Positions 10,631 through 21,541 of a stretch of 64,000 nt of DNA are shown one piece after another. A program made the translations under genes and the position numbers. Origin of the DNA: an uncultured cyanobacterium (GTDB lineage: Bacteria; Cyanobacteriota; Cyanobacteriia; Cyanobacteriales; Cyanobacteriaceae); contig CAVVOP010000022.1 in assembly GCA_963749915.1 (NCBI GenBank), positions 598,681-662,680 of the forward strand, read 5' to 3'. The number at the start of each line of letters is the position of its first letter. Position 1 is the stretch's first letter. The notes beneath the pieces were generated by a model. That model saw nothing but the letters and a program-made list of their open reading frames with translations, searched no databases and was not told the origin of the DNA.

Positions 10631-12463
10631 ATGCAAACAATAAACAATAAAAAAAATAACAATAAGACTGACTCACTAGTTAAGGAGCTAAAAGATTTAT
10701 TTAGTTACTTAAGTCATCGTCGTCGAGTTCAATTCGGGTTACTTATTATCCTGATGTTATTGTCTTCCCTGAGTGAAATGATTAGTTTGGGGGCAATTTT
10801 TCCCTTTCTGAGTGCCATAAGTAATCCAGAAAGGTTGTTAAATAATCCTCGATTACAATCTATTTTTGCTCTTTTCCAAATAGGTACGCCTAAACAGTTA
10901 ATAACATCACTAGCGGTGGGGTTTGTCATCGCCATCTTTTTGGCTAATGGGTTGCGTTTATTGACATTGAATGTTCGCACTCGTTTCGCGGCTGCCTTGG
11001 GAGCAGATGTGAGCAATCAAATTTATATGAAAACCCTACGACAACCTTATAGCTTTCATGTTATGCACAACTCCAGTGATTTAATGCAGACGGTGACAGG
11101 AGACACTGGAAAACTAACAAGTCAGATTTTGATGCCTACGATAACGTTTGTGAATAATGCTTTCCTAGTGCCATCTTTGATCGGAGCACTTTTCTTGATT
11201 GATGCGAAAATAGCCCTTATTGCCGCAGTTTTTTTGGGTAGTTGTTACACTATCATTTATCGTACCCGGGAAAATTTACTCAAACGAAACAGTAAAATAA
11301 TTTCTCAAGCGGGAAAACGAAGAATTAAAACGGTGCAAGAGGCTATAGGTGGCATTAGGGATGTACTATTAAGCCACAGTCAAGACTTTTTTGAGAAAAG
11401 CTATTGGAAGTCAGAAAATGCCCTGAGACAGGCAACAGCTACTAATGCCGTGATTTCTCAGTCCCCCACCTTCGTTCTGGAAGCAATAGCTTTATCTTCT
11501 ATCGCCCTACTGGCTCTTATTTTAGGTAGAAATGGAGATTTTAGTCAAGCAATTCCTATTTTAGGAAGTCTTGCCTTGGGGGCGAAAAGGCTATTACCTG
11601 CCTTGCAAGAACTGTTTTCTTGTGTAGCTAAAGTTCAGGGATCCAGAGCCTCTTTGACCAGGGTTTTAGTGGCATTACAACGTCCCGTAAAAACCCTAGT
11701 TCACACTGATTCGGTAACAACGCCTTTACCGTTAGAGAAAGAAATACGATTAGACGGGATCTGGTTTCGCTATGGAGAAGATACGGACTGGGTATTACAG
11801 GATCTCAATCTAACCATCGCCGCTAAGACAACGGTGGCTTTTGTGGGCAGTACGGGCAGTGGTAAAAGTACCACGGCAGATTTAATTTTAGGTCTTCTGC
11901 AACCCCAAAAGGGCCGCATTCTAGTTGATGATTTACCCTTAGAAGGGGATGAGCGTTTATACCAATGGCAGAAAAATATCGCCCATGTACCTCAGTCTAT
12001 TTTTCTGAGTGATGGTAGTATTGCCGATAATATTGCTTTTGGTATTCCTTCCCAGCAGATTGATTTTGAACAGGTACGAAAAGCTGCTCGACTTGCTCAG
12101 ATTGAGGAATTTATCGAGGGCTTACCAGCTAAATATGAGACCTATGTGGGGGAGAGGGGTATTCGTCTCAGTGGTGGGCAAAAACAACGGATTGGTATTG
12201 CTAGAGCTCTTTATGGTAATGCCTCTGTGATTGTATTTGATGAGGCTACCAGTGCCTTGGACAATGCCACCGAGAAGGAGGTCATGGCTGCCATCGAAAG
12301 TTTGAGTCATCAGTTCACTATTATTTTGATTGCCCATCGATTGAGCACCGTAGAGAAGTGCCATCGTATTTTTGAATTAAGTCAAGGTCAAGTGGTATCA
12401 CAAGGTAACTATCAGGAACTTTTAGATAGTTCTGTTACTTTCAAACGGATGGCAACACTTTAA
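10631..12463 (+). CDS. ABC exporter, fused permease/ATPase (PglK/HepA-like polysaccharide or glycolipid exporter)
   Basis: TM region plus GSTGSGKST, LSGGQKQR, VFDEATSALD, IAHRL; ATG 10631 preferred over TTG 10607. Confidence 0.85.
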   Translation: MQTINNKKNNNKTDSLVKELKDLFSYLSHRRRVQFGLLIILMLLSSLSEMISLGAIFPFLSAISNPERLLNNPRLQSIFALFQIGTPKQLITSLAVGFVIAIFLANGLRLLTLNVRTRFAAALGADVSNQIYMKTLRQPYSFHVMHNSSDLMQTVTGDTGKLTSQILMPTITFVNNAFLVPSLIGALFLIDAKIALIAAVFLGSCYTIIYRTRENLLKRNSKIISQAGKRRIKTVQEAIGGIRDVLLSHSQDFFEKSYWKSENALRQATATNAVISQSPTFVLEAIALSSIALLALILGRNGDFSQAIPILGSLALGAKRLLPALQELFSCVAKVQGSRASLTRVLVALQRPVKTLVHTDSVTTPLPLEKEIRLDGIWFRYGEDTDWVLQDLNLTIAAKTTVAFVGSTGSGKSTTADLILGLLQPQKGRILVDDLPLEGDERLYQWQKNIAHVPQSIFLSDGSIADNIAFGIPSQQIDFEQVRKAARLAQIEEFIEGLPAKYETYVGERGIRLSGGQKQRIGIARALYGNASVIVFDEATSALDNATEKEVMAAIESLSHQFTIILIAHRLSTVEKCHRIFELSQGQVVSQGNYQELLDSSVTFKRMATL

Positions 12464-12648
12464 AGTCTTTCCTTTGAGAAAGGCAATAGTTCTCTTACAT
12501 CACTTTGTCTATGAATTGTGTGATTCTTTGATGTTGAGAAAAATCTTTGATAGCCGTCAGATTTAGGTAAAATAATGTTAAGTTATGAACTAGAATTATT
12601 AGTGATAGTGTATAGAGCAGATTAGTAAAAGAAATATCAACAAGTAAT

Positions 12649-13782
12649 ATGCCAGGTGACTACTACGAAATATTGGGCGTTCCCCGTACAGCAACAAAGG
12701 ACGATTTAAAATCGGCCTACCGTAAAATGGCACGGAAATATCACCCTGATGTCAATAAAGATCCGAATGCTGAAGAACGTTTCAAAGAAATTAATCGTGC
12801 CTATGAAGTGTTATCCGAACCTGAAACAAAGGCTCGTTACGATCGCTTTGGGGAAGCAGGGGTTTCTGGGGCAGGATCCGGAGGTGTAGGTTTTGATCCT
12901 ACAGATATGGGCGGATTTGCTGATATTTTTGAGACTTTTTTCGGCGGTGGTTTCGGAGGCGGCACAAGTACCAGCACTCGTCGTCGCGGTCCCACAAGGG
13001 GGGATGACTTACGTCTCGATTTGAGATTAAAATTCCGAGAGGCAGTTTTTGGCGGTGAAAAAGAGATTAAAATTCCCCACCTAGAAACCTGTCAAACCTG
13101 TAACGGTAGTGGTGCTAAAAATGGAAGCGCTCCGAAAACTTGTAGTACCTGTGGCGGAACTGGTCAAGTACGAAGGGCTACGAGAACTCCTTTTGGTAGT
13201 TTTGCTCAAGTTTCAACTTGTCCTACCTGTAACGGTGAAGGGCAAATTATTGAGGAAAAATGCGATTCTTGTGCTGGTCAAGGTAGAAAACAGGTTAATA
13301 AAAAGCTCAAAATTACGATTCCGGCCGGAGTTGACACTGGCACACGTTTAAGAGTGAGTGGTGAGGGTGACGCTGGTACTCGTGGGGGTCCTGCTGGGGA
13401 TTTATATGTTTACTTATCCGTAGAGACTGATTCCCATTTCAAGCGGGAAGGCAACAATATTTTGTCAGAAATTAGTATTAGCTATTTACAAGCAATTCTC
13501 GGTTGCCGTTTGAAAGTTCCCACCATTGATGGCGATCATGAAATTATCATCCCTTCTGGATTACAACCAAATACAGTGATGACTTTAGAGGATAAAGGTG
13601 TGCCTAAACTTGGTAATTCTGTCAGTCGTGGGGATCACTTATTAACAATAAAAGTAGAAATTCCTAATAAAATTAATTCTGAAGAACGAGAATTATTGGA
13701 AAAACTGGCTCAAATAAAAGGAGAACATACTTCTAAAAGAGGCTTTGAAGGATTCTTCGAAAGTATATTTCATCATAAATAA
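12649..13782 (+). CDS. dnaJ: Chaperone DnaJ (type I)
   Basis: J domain HPD, G/F-rich linker, four CxxCxGxG repeats. Confidence 0.97.
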   Translation: MPGDYYEILGVPRTATKDDLKSAYRKMARKYHPDVNKDPNAEERFKEINRAYEVLSEPETKARYDRFGEAGVSGAGSGGVGFDPTDMGGFADIFETFFGGGFGGGTSTSTRRRGPTRGDDLRLDLRLKFREAVFGGEKEIKIPHLETCQTCNGSGAKNGSAPKTCSTCGGTGQVRRATRTPFGSFAQVSTCPTCNGEGQIIEEKCDSCAGQGRKQVNKKLKITIPAGVDTGTRLRVSGEGDAGTRGGPAGDLYVYLSVETDSHFKREGNNILSEISISYLQAILGCRLKVPTIDGDHEIIIPSGLQPNTVMTLEDKGVPKLGNSVSRGDHLLTIKVEIPNKINSEERELLEKLAQIKGEHTSKRGFEGFFESIFHHK

Positions 13783-13826
13783 TTAGTAATTAGCAATTGA
13801 CAATTAATTTTCTTTTATTCTATTTT

Positions 13827-14045
13827 ATGAATCAAAAACTAGACTTAAGAGGCACACCCTGCCCCATTAATTTTGTCCGCAGTAAGTTACAACTAAAAAA
13901 AATGTCGTCAGGAGAGTTGCTCGAAATTTGGTTAGATGCAGGCGAACCCATCGAACAAGTACCGAATAGCTTAAGTATGGAAGGTTACATGATAGAAGGA
14001 ATAGAGGATCAAGGGGGTTTCTTTAGTCTGTCGGTTCGGGCTTAG
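13827..14045 (+). CDS. TusA/SirA family sulfur-carrier protein
   Basis: LDLRGTPCPINF, LEIWLD.GEP; ATG 13827 preferred over TTG 13797. Confidence 0.88.
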   Translation: MNQKLDLRGTPCPINFVRSKLQLKKMSSGELLEIWLDAGEPIEQVPNSLSMEGYMIEGIEDQGGFFSLSVRA

Positions 14046-14053
14046 TTTCGATT

Positions 14054-15145
14054 ATGGTTACACCGCAATGGTCTTCTCCCGAAGAACCTGAGTTATTTAC
14101 AGGTACGGTTATCGCTGCCCAAGCTAATTTTTATCAAGTGCGCTTAGATTCTCAACAAGAATCTCTTTTGTGTACAAGACCTACGCGGTTAAAAAAGATT
14201 GGACAATTGGTCTTAGTAGGGGATCGAGTTATGGTTAAATCTAGGGAGTTTGAACGGGGTGCGATCGCTGAAGTGTTACCCAGAAAGACGAAGTTAGAAC
14301 GCCCCCCCATAGCCAACGCCGAACAAATTTTATTAGTATTTGCCTTAGAAGAACCTACATTAGATCCTGTACAACTAAGCCGTTTTTTAGTCAAGGCAGA
14401 ATCCACAAATTTAAGGCTATTATTGGGGTTGAATAAAGCAGACCTAATTGCCCTCCATGAGAAAGAAGCGTGGCAAACAAGGCTCAAAAACTGGGGCTAT
14501 GAAGGCCATTTTTTTAGTGTTAATACTGGGGAGGGGGTCGAAGAACTAAAAGAAATTTTACAGCATAAGATTACGATTTTAGCGGGTCCTAGCGGTGTCG
14601 GTAAGTCGAGTTTAGCCTCTTTATTGATACCTAAATTAGATATTCGTATCGGTGCAGTTTCGGGTAAGCTACATAAGGGTCGTCATACCACCCGTCATGT
14701 AGAATTATTTGAACTTATAGAAGGTGGTTTTATCGCTGACAGTCCGGGTTTCAACCAACCGAATTTTAATTTTTCCTCTGAATCTCTAATTAACTTTTTT
14801 CCCGAAGCTAGATCAAGATTGGCAGAAAATACCTGTAAATTTCATAATTGTATTCATAAAGATGAGCCTGGTTGTGCCGTTAAAGGAGAATGGGAACGTT
14901 ATCAATATTACCTCAAATTTTTAGAAGAAGCGATCGCCTACTCAGAAAAAATTCTCCATAAACGAGAAGAAGAATCAACACTGAAGACGAAAATAAAAGC
15001 CTCCGGGAAAAAATATAATGAACCAAAATTAGAAGCTAAAAAATACCGTCGGGTTTCTCGTAAAGTTAGTAATCAAAAATTAGAAGATTTATATACTTCT
15101 CAATCTCTTAATTCTCCTGATGATGAAATGGATTTCGATGGTTGA
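14054..15145 (+). CDS. rsgA: Ribosome small subunit-dependent GTPase A
   Basis: Circularly permuted GTPase NKAD, GPSGVGKSS, GRHTT, DSPG, Zn finger C.F.NC.H..EPGC. Confidence 0.96.
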   Translation: MVTPQWSSPEEPELFTGTVIAAQANFYQVRLDSQQESLLCTRPTRLKKIGQLVLVGDRVMVKSREFERGAIAEVLPRKTKLERPPIANAEQILLVFALEEPTLDPVQLSRFLVKAESTNLRLLLGLNKADLIALHEKEAWQTRLKNWGYEGHFFSVNTGEGVEELKEILQHKITILAGPSGVGKSSLASLLIPKLDIRIGAVSGKLHKGRHTTRHVELFELIEGGFIADSPGFNQPNFNFSSESLINFFPEARSRLAENTCKFHNCIHKDEPGCAVKGEWERYQYYLKFLEEAIAYSEKILHKREEESTLKTKIKASGKKYNEPKLEAKKYRRVSRKVSNQKLEDLYTSQSLNSPDDEMDFDG

Positions 15146-15470
15146 ATGAGGACCTCTTCAAGAATTTGTGAAAATAAATAATCTCATCCCGAAGGTGGTT
15201 TCTTTCTTAAATCCAAGAGAGGGGGAAGATGGGGAAGATTCCTCAACCAAAGAATAGGCTTTTCACTCCCTTGTCTACTTTCCTTCCTCTCTTGGTCAGC
15301 ATTCCCTTGCGACTGTCGTCGTCGCGGGGTCTGACCGCTTGTCCTCCTTGTCTTGTCAACACCCAATTATAAAAAACCTACCCTTGTAAGCTGCCTTCTG
15401 CCTCCTGACTTGAAAGTGCCAACTTTCATCTCCGATGGTGAAAATTTTTTTTTCATGGAGACTGCCTTCT

Positions 15471-17204
15471 TTAACGTACTTGTTTCAAACTTTCCACTTT
15501 CTTGGTGAATAGTTCTGTAAATAGACTCAACACCGTACGATTTTCTTTGACTTTGATGTTGACACTCACGGACATCCCTGATTGTAAGACGACGGGTTCG
15601 CCTCTGATGACTAATTCTTGGGCATCTAATTCTATTTTCACGGGGAAACGATAGAAGTTATAAATTTGATCGGGGGGTAGTGCATCTGACCCTACAAAAT
15701 AAACCTTGCCCTTTATATCCCCAAATTCACTGTAGGGAAAAGAATCGATTCTGACATCACTATCTTGTCCTAGTTGTACAAAACCTATATCTTGGTTAGT
15801 AACATAGACTTCAGCTATTAAAGGATTATCAGGACCGGGATCCGGTACAATTTTTAGTAATGCTTCTGATTGTCCTGTTTTAGGCACAAATCCGGGGCCT
15901 GCTTGTAAGTCAAACACGACACCGGATACCGGGGCTTTTAATTCTTGATATTTAATGGTTTGTTTCGCACTACTGATCTGACTGTTAGTTTCGGCGATAC
16001 GTTTTTCATTATCGACAATGACTTTATTAATTTGACTGTCTAACTCTGCAATACGTTGACTGTTGACTGCCATGCGATCGCGCACATCTTTTTCTGTAAT
16101 AGCAAGAGTATTTTTAAATTGTTCTTCTGCTTGATTGATATTAAGACGCAAACGAGCCTTTTCTTCTTCTAATTGTCGAATTTCCGCTAAACGAGTTTCT
16201 ACTTGTTGCTTTTGGTTTTCAAACTCAATTTTACCATTGGCTTTGCGATCGACTAAATCTGTCTTTCTATCTTGTACTTGTTGTTTTTGTCGCTCAATTT
16301 GAATTTTGGCTAATGCACCTTCTTCCGATAGCGGTTTGATACTATCGAGAATTTCTTGATCGATCCTCAAACTTTCTTCCGCTTCAACGATCGATTTTTC
16401 GTTACGATTTTCGATTTCTCTTAAAACTTTGCGATCATTAATTACTTGTTTTTGAGCATCAGCTAATCTAACTTCAGTTTGAGTAAGTTGTTTTTCTAAT
16501 TGTTGAGCCTCTAATTTTGCTGCACCAGAACGGGAATTTAATTCGGAAAAAGCCGCTTGTAGTCTCGAAATTTGCTCGGGTTTGAGATCCCCAATCTTAC
16601 CAGTACCTTCAGATAATTGTATCTGATATAATTGATTTTCTGCTACCAATTCGGCTCTATTTAAGGCCAAGGCTTGTATTTCTGGAGGCAATTCTAACTT
16701 TCTAATAGCCTGTTGTATTTCTGAAGGACTTAACAAAGAATTAATTAAAGTACGATAAAATTTGTTTTCTTGAACTAAAGAGTTTCTGATTTTTTCCAGA
16801 GATTGTAATTGTGCTTCCGTTGCTTCCGAATCGAATATTAAAAGAGAATCTCCTTTTTCGATACGTTGTCCATCTTCCACGTTAACTTCCCGCACCACCC
16901 CATTCAATGGGGCTTGAATTTCCTGAACAGTGGTTTTCGGTTTCAATTGTCCTCTTGCGGTTACAACTTGCTCTATTTTGGCGATGGCAGCCCAAGCAAC
17001 GGCAAATACCGTCACGCCCATAATACTCCATGCCATAGTCCGTGACCAGATGGGAGATTGTTTGAGTATGACGTCTTTTTCAAAATCAGAAGTATCTAGG
17101 TTAATTTTCGACTCTTCAATTTGATTTTTACTGTTAGTATCAGCAGAATTTTTCTGTAATAAGGTATCTATTTTTGTGGGATTGTTACCGTTACCGTTAG
17201 TCAT
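15471..17204 (-). CDS. hlyD: HlyD family type I secretion adaptor
   Basis: TM, long coiled coil, LKAPVSGVV, DIGFV, DSFPYSEFG, LQSGMSV. Confidence 0.92.
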   Translation of the reverse strand: MTNGNGNNPTKIDTLLQKNSADTNSKNQIEESKINLDTSDFEKDVILKQSPIWSRTMAWSIMGVTVFAVAWAAIAKIEQVVTARGQLKPKTTVQEIQAPLNGVVREVNVEDGQRIEKGDSLLIFDSEATEAQLQSLEKIRNSLVQENKFYRTLINSLLSPSEIQQAIRKLELPPEIQALALNRAELVAENQLYQIQLSEGTGKIGDLKPEQISRLQAAFSELNSRSGAAKLEAQQLEKQLTQTEVRLADAQKQVINDRKVLREIENRNEKSIVEAEESLRIDQEILDSIKPLSEEGALAKIQIERQKQQVQDRKTDLVDRKANGKIEFENQKQQVETRLAEIRQLEEEKARLRLNINQAEEQFKNTLAITEKDVRDRMAVNSQRIAELDSQINKVIVDNEKRIAETNSQISSAKQTIKYQELKAPVSGVVFDLQAGPGFVPKTGQSEALLKIVPDPGPDNPLIAEVYVTNQDIGFVQLGQDSDVRIDSFPYSEFGDIKGKVYFVGSDALPPDQIYNFYRFPVKIELDAQELVIRGEPVVLQSGMSVSVNIKVKENRTVLSLFTELFTKKVESLKQVR

Positions 17205-17242
17205 AAATTTTAATGGATAATGGATGATGGATAATTTGTGTC

Positions 17243-17301
17243 CTAGTCCTCAAATTTGAGGGAATAAGAAAATCAAGTCCCCAAAATTAGGGATTTAGGA
17301 G
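17243..17301. repeat. Two degenerate cyanobacterial dispersed palindromes (GTCCCC-AAATT-GGGGATTTAGG type) between hlyB and hlyD
   Basis: gtcctcaaatttgaggg and aagtccccaaaattagggatttaggag. Confidence 0.5.
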
Positions 17302-17307
17302 TGGAAT

Positions 17308-20300
17308 TTAATTTTTATTTGATTTTTGCTGCTGTTGATAGAGGTAAAAATAACGTCCTTTCATAGCCATCAATTGACTATGAGTACCCGTTTCCACCAC
17401 AGAACCACTATCCATAACTACAATTATATCTGCATTCTGAATAGTGCCTAAGCGGTGAGTAATAAATAATACCGTGCGATCGTGAAAAGCATGAATTAAG
17501 TTTTGGCATACTTGAGCCTCGGTGTTGTAGTCTAAAGCACTGGTGGCCTCATCCAAGATTAACATTCTCGGATTTTGTAACACAGAACGAGCGATAGCAA
17601 TTCGTTGTCTTTGTCCCCCAGATAAAGAAGCACCCCTTTCCCCGACTCTGGTGTTATAACCATTGGGTAAATTCATGATAAAGTCATGAGCAACGGCTAT
17701 TTGAGCCGCCTCGATAATTTCTTCGGTGGTGGCATCAGGATTAGTTAAGGCGATGTTTTCTAAAATAGTGCCATCAAATAATAGACTTTCTTGAGGTACT
17801 ACCCCAATCTGTCTTCGTAAAGAATATAACTCTACTCTATTAACGTCATAACCATCAATCAAGATACGTCCGGATTCAGGCTCATATAATCGAGAAATTA
17901 GCTTTGTCATGGTACTTTTACCAGCACCACTTTCCCCCACAATACCCACGAATGTACCCGCAGCAAACTCGAGACTAACGTTATTTAATTGTAAAGGACC
18001 ATGGGGTTTAAAACGAAAACAGACGTTATCATATTTCAACGTACCTTGAATCAAGGGCATTGGAATATTATCCCGATCTTCTTCCGCTTCTTGAGGATGA
18101 TCCACAATATCCGCTAAACGTTCGAGAGAAAGGGCTGTTTGTTGGAAATTTTGCCATAATTGGGCAAGGCGTAAAATAGGTGAAGTTACATAACCAGAGA
18201 TAATACGGAAAGCGATTAATTGCCCTAAAGTTAAGTCTCCTTGTAATACTAGATAAGCCCCAACCCACAATACTAAAAGTTGGGATAATTTGTTGAGAAA
18301 GTTACTAGCCGAACCGGCTAAAGTTTGAGTAATAACGGTTCTGAATCCCGTACCCACATATTTAGCATAACGCTCTTGCCACTCCCAACGGGATCTTAGT
18401 TCGATATTTTGGGCTTTGACTGTTTGAATCCCTGTCATAATTTCCACCAGGTGGGATTGAGTTTCGGCGTTACGTTCGGCTTTTGCTCGTAATTGACGAC
18501 GGATAAGGGGAGAAAAAACTAGGGTCAAAATCACAAAGATAGGGATAATACCCAAAGCCACAAAGGTTAATAAGGGGCTATAAACGAACATGACCACAAT
18601 ATAAATAACGGAGAAAATGGCATCTAAAACCACGGTTAAAGCAGTCCCCGTCAAAAATGATCTAATATTTTCTAACTCATTAATACGGGTAGAAATTTCC
18701 CCTACAGGACGCTTTTCAAAATATCTAAGGGGTAGTCGCAAAAGGTGGTCGATAATATCTGAACCCAAAGCCATGTCAATGCGGTTGGTGGTATCCACAA
18801 AGGAATATGTCCGCAAAGTACTTAAAATAGCTTCAAATACCGCTAAAACTACTAAGAAGATTCCCAAAACTTGCAAAGTATCAGGACTATTTTGCACAAT
18901 TACCTTATCAATGATAATTTGAATCATTAAAGGATTGGCAAGGGCGAACAGTTGTACGAAGAAAGAAGCAATGAATACTTCTATCAACATCCACTTATAT
19001 TTAATTAAAGAGGGAACAAACCAACTTAAACCAAATTTTTCCTGGGGGGTTTCTTTAGTTTGCTTGAGTAGTAAAACTTTTCCTTCTTGTCCCCAGATTT
19101 CTAGAAAGTCGTTAGTTTGATATTCTTTTACTCCTGAAAGGGTCGGATCTGCCACGACAACGGTTTTATCACTGGTTGCATAGACAATAACTAAAGAATC
19201 GGACAATTTAGTTAAAAAAGGTCCTTCTAAACGTCCAAAGGCCCCAGCAGGTACTCCTATCAATTGAGCATTTAAGCCGATTAATTCTGTAATTGCCCCA
19301 CAAATATCGAGGGATAAACGTCCATTTCGTTGGACTTGTTCTTTGATAATCCGAACTAATACTTCCCCCCTGTAGGGCATTTTATAGTATTTACTTAACA
19401 TGCGCATACAAGCAATACCAACATCGGCCTCCGTGTTACCACCAAAAAAAGGATAATTTTTCAGAGGTTTTTTACTTTCGATGCCTAAAGAATTGGGTTG
19501 TCGCTGCAATATTGTCGGATCGGCTACGGGAATTTCTTCCCTATCCATCAACACCGATGGCGTAACGGTGGGAATGGGATCATTTTTTGAGGAAGAATCT
19601 TCGGACCAAACATCCTCTATTTCCTCTTGTTCAATGGTTGTGAAGGCATTTTCGGATTGGTGTATTTCTTGATGTTCAGGTAATTGTAGGGAAACAAAAC
19701 GGCAGTCAGTTTCAAGGGTTAAACTACTGTCTAACAGTATTTCTGAGCCTATTTCGAGGTTTTTGATGGTACCGCTACTTAATACCCAAATTTGATTTTC
19801 TGGGGGTGGTGGTAGTTTTTTTTCTTTACCTGAAGATAAATTATAGACTTGAGCATTCTCAATGGCTTGTTTGGCTAATTCTTTGAGATTTCCTTCCCCA
19901 GTGGCGCGGTGGGTGAGTTGATAACCTAATAAATCAAAGACTTCGATTAAACCTGCCTGATTCTGATAATATTCTTTAACCGATGGGTTTTGATTGACCA
20001 ATTCTAAAAATTTTTCTCTGTCTAGGGTTAAAGCTATTACCTCCGTTGATGCGATCGCCGTTTCACAAGGAAAACCTCGAATTAAACCTTCCCAACCGAT
20101 AACATTACCATTACTAAGCAATTGTAAACTTACGGGCAGACTATTTCGAGGGTCATAAGCAATACAACGGGCTTGTCCCTCATAGATAATGGCAATATAA
20201 GGAGGAATTTTTTCTTTAATAAGCATAATTTGCCCCATTTCATACTTGAGGGGTTGAAAATGCTGAGATATTTCTTGAATGGTAGTTTGTGGTAGTTGTT

Positions 20301-20355
20301 TAAAAGGTGTAACCGTAGAGAGAAATTCCCCTACAGAACTAACTGTATAGACCAT
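17308..20355 (-). CDS. hlyB: HlyB family type I secretion ABC transporter with cNMP-binding and C39-like domains
   Basis: N-terminal cNMP-like region, C39-like segment (DVGIACMRM), TM domain, GESGAGKST, LSGGQRQR, LDEATSALD. Confidence 0.93.
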   Translation of the reverse strand: MVYTVSSVGEFLSTVTPFKQLPQTTIQEISQHFQPLKYEMGQIMLIKEKIPPYIAIIYEGQARCIAYDPRNSLPVSLQLLSNGNVIGWEGLIRGFPCETAIASTEVIALTLDREKFLELVNQNPSVKEYYQNQAGLIEVFDLLGYQLTHRATGEGNLKELAKQAIENAQVYNLSSGKEKKLPPPPENQIWVLSSGTIKNLEIGSEILLDSSLTLETDCRFVSLQLPEHQEIHQSENAFTTIEQEEIEDVWSEDSSSKNDPIPTVTPSVLMDREEIPVADPTILQRQPNSLGIESKKPLKNYPFFGGNTEADVGIACMRMLSKYYKMPYRGEVLVRIIKEQVQRNGRLSLDICGAITELIGLNAQLIGVPAGAFGRLEGPFLTKLSDSLVIVYATSDKTVVVADPTLSGVKEYQTNDFLEIWGQEGKVLLLKQTKETPQEKFGLSWFVPSLIKYKWMLIEVFIASFFVQLFALANPLMIQIIIDKVIVQNSPDTLQVLGIFLVVLAVFEAILSTLRTYSFVDTTNRIDMALGSDIIDHLLRLPLRYFEKRPVGEISTRINELENIRSFLTGTALTVVLDAIFSVIYIVVMFVYSPLLTFVALGIIPIFVILTLVFSPLIRRQLRAKAERNAETQSHLVEIMTGIQTVKAQNIELRSRWEWQERYAKYVGTGFRTVITQTLAGSASNFLNKLSQLLVLWVGAYLVLQGDLTLGQLIAFRIISGYVTSPILRLAQLWQNFQQTALSLERLADIVDHPQEAEEDRDNIPMPLIQGTLKYDNVCFRFKPHGPLQLNNVSLEFAAGTFVGIVGESGAGKSTMTKLISRLYEPESGRILIDGYDVNRVELYSLRRQIGVVPQESLLFDGTILENIALTNPDATTEEIIEAAQIAVAHDFIMNLPNGYNTRVGERGASLSGGQRQRIAIARSVLQNPRMLILDEATSALDYNTEAQVCQNLIHAFHDRTVLFITHRLGTIQNADIIVVMDSGSVVETGTHSQLMAMKGRYFYLYQQQQKSNKN

Positions 20356-20548
20356 GATTGATAATTTTTAAGCTATTTTGATCGTCAATAAAATAATGAT
20401 TCTAATTCAAATAAATATGGTCAATTATAACTTTAAATCTAAAATATATAGTGCTGTTGTCAGAACTCCTAACTTAGAATTCATATTAAGTACTTATTCA
20501 AAAACAATAGTTAATTTTAGATTTAATTCCAGTTTAATATGAACCCCT

Positions 20549-21307
20549 TTATATATTTTCCTTCACTGTTTCTCCCGGAATGTTGAATTTTACTTCTTTT
20601 TGGATGTTTTCATTCAACCATGTATTGAATAACTCATCGAGTAATCTTCTTTTCATATTTTGATCTAATTGGGCGGCTAAATACTTTTCTAACCTTAAAA
20701 TAACAATCCATTCACCGATTCTCATGGGCGGTAATACTTGCCCTGGTTGAGACGTCATAAGTTTTTGAGCTATTTCGGGATGAGGGACTGTTAATTCTAC
20801 GGGTCCAATTAATCCGCCAGTTTCAGCTTCCGCACCTTGAGAATGTTGTCTTGCTAACTCAGCAAATTCTTTTTCTCCTTCACTGATACGAAAATATAAT
20901 TCTTGTGCCTGTCCAGGGTTTTTTGTTCTGATTAGAGAATAAATTATTTTGTCTAGTTGCCTCTTTCTTTTTAAATAGTAAGACTCGATTTCATTACCCC
21001 AAGTTTGTTCTTTATATTTTTCCAGTTTGATGCCTCTTAAAATTATTTGCTGTAATTGTCCCCTCGTCAAATAGTTTCTTTCTAGCCATATTTGTAACTT
21101 TTGCGGTTCATTGGGATTGAGTTGCATTTGCGTGAAAAACTTTTGTTCCGCCATGGCTGTTTCTTCTGGGGTACATTGAATTTCTGCGATGGCCTGATCT
21201 AAAATAATTTCTTTTGCTAGAAGGGAGATCATTTGTTTTTCAGCTAATAGAGGGAAGATATTTTCTGGGGTAAGAACAATATCGCCAACTTGTAAACTAG
21301 GATTCAT
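20549..21307 (-). CDS. PpiC/parvulin-type peptidyl-prolyl isomerase associated with T1SS
   Basis: AQELYFRI..GE..FAELARQHSQG.EA.TGG.IGP; immediately upstream of hlyB. Confidence 0.88.
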   Translation of the reverse strand: MNPSLQVGDIVLTPENIFPLLAEKQMISLLAKEIILDQAIAEIQCTPEETAMAEQKFFTQMQLNPNEPQKLQIWLERNYLTRGQLQQIILRGIKLEKYKEQTWGNEIESYYLKRKRQLDKIIYSLIRTKNPGQAQELYFRISEGEKEFAELARQHSQGAEAETGGLIGPVELTVPHPEIAQKLMTSQPGQVLPPMRIGEWIVILRLEKYLAAQLDQNMKRRLLDELFNTWLNENIQKEVKFNIPGETVKENI

Positions 21308-21459
21308 AAATAATAATCAATAAACATAACATCAAATACTATAACAATGAACAATTAATAATTAACAGTTAATTTTCTTTTGGTTTTCCATTCTTCCAGA
21401 TTCTATCCTTCCGTATCCACCTGTTCTCTTGTATTTTTTTTATATATCCCAAACAAATA

Positions 21460-21477
21460 TTTACATTTATTTATAAA
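21460..21477 (+). promoter_or_regulatory. Putative HLR1 (RpaB) site upstream of glgA
   Basis: TTTACATT-ta-TTTATAAA fits (G/T)TTACA(T/A)(T/A)-N2 direct repeat with one mismatch. Confidence 0.4.
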
Positions 21478-21541
21478 ATCACGAAGTTTTGATATAAAAT
21501 GTATCAATTTGCAAAGAAAAACTAAGAGGTAAAAGCTCTCT

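Noticed and set aside
15184..15366. 60-aa minus-strand ORF
   Set aside because: TTG start, low-complexity spacer sequence, no recognisable motif
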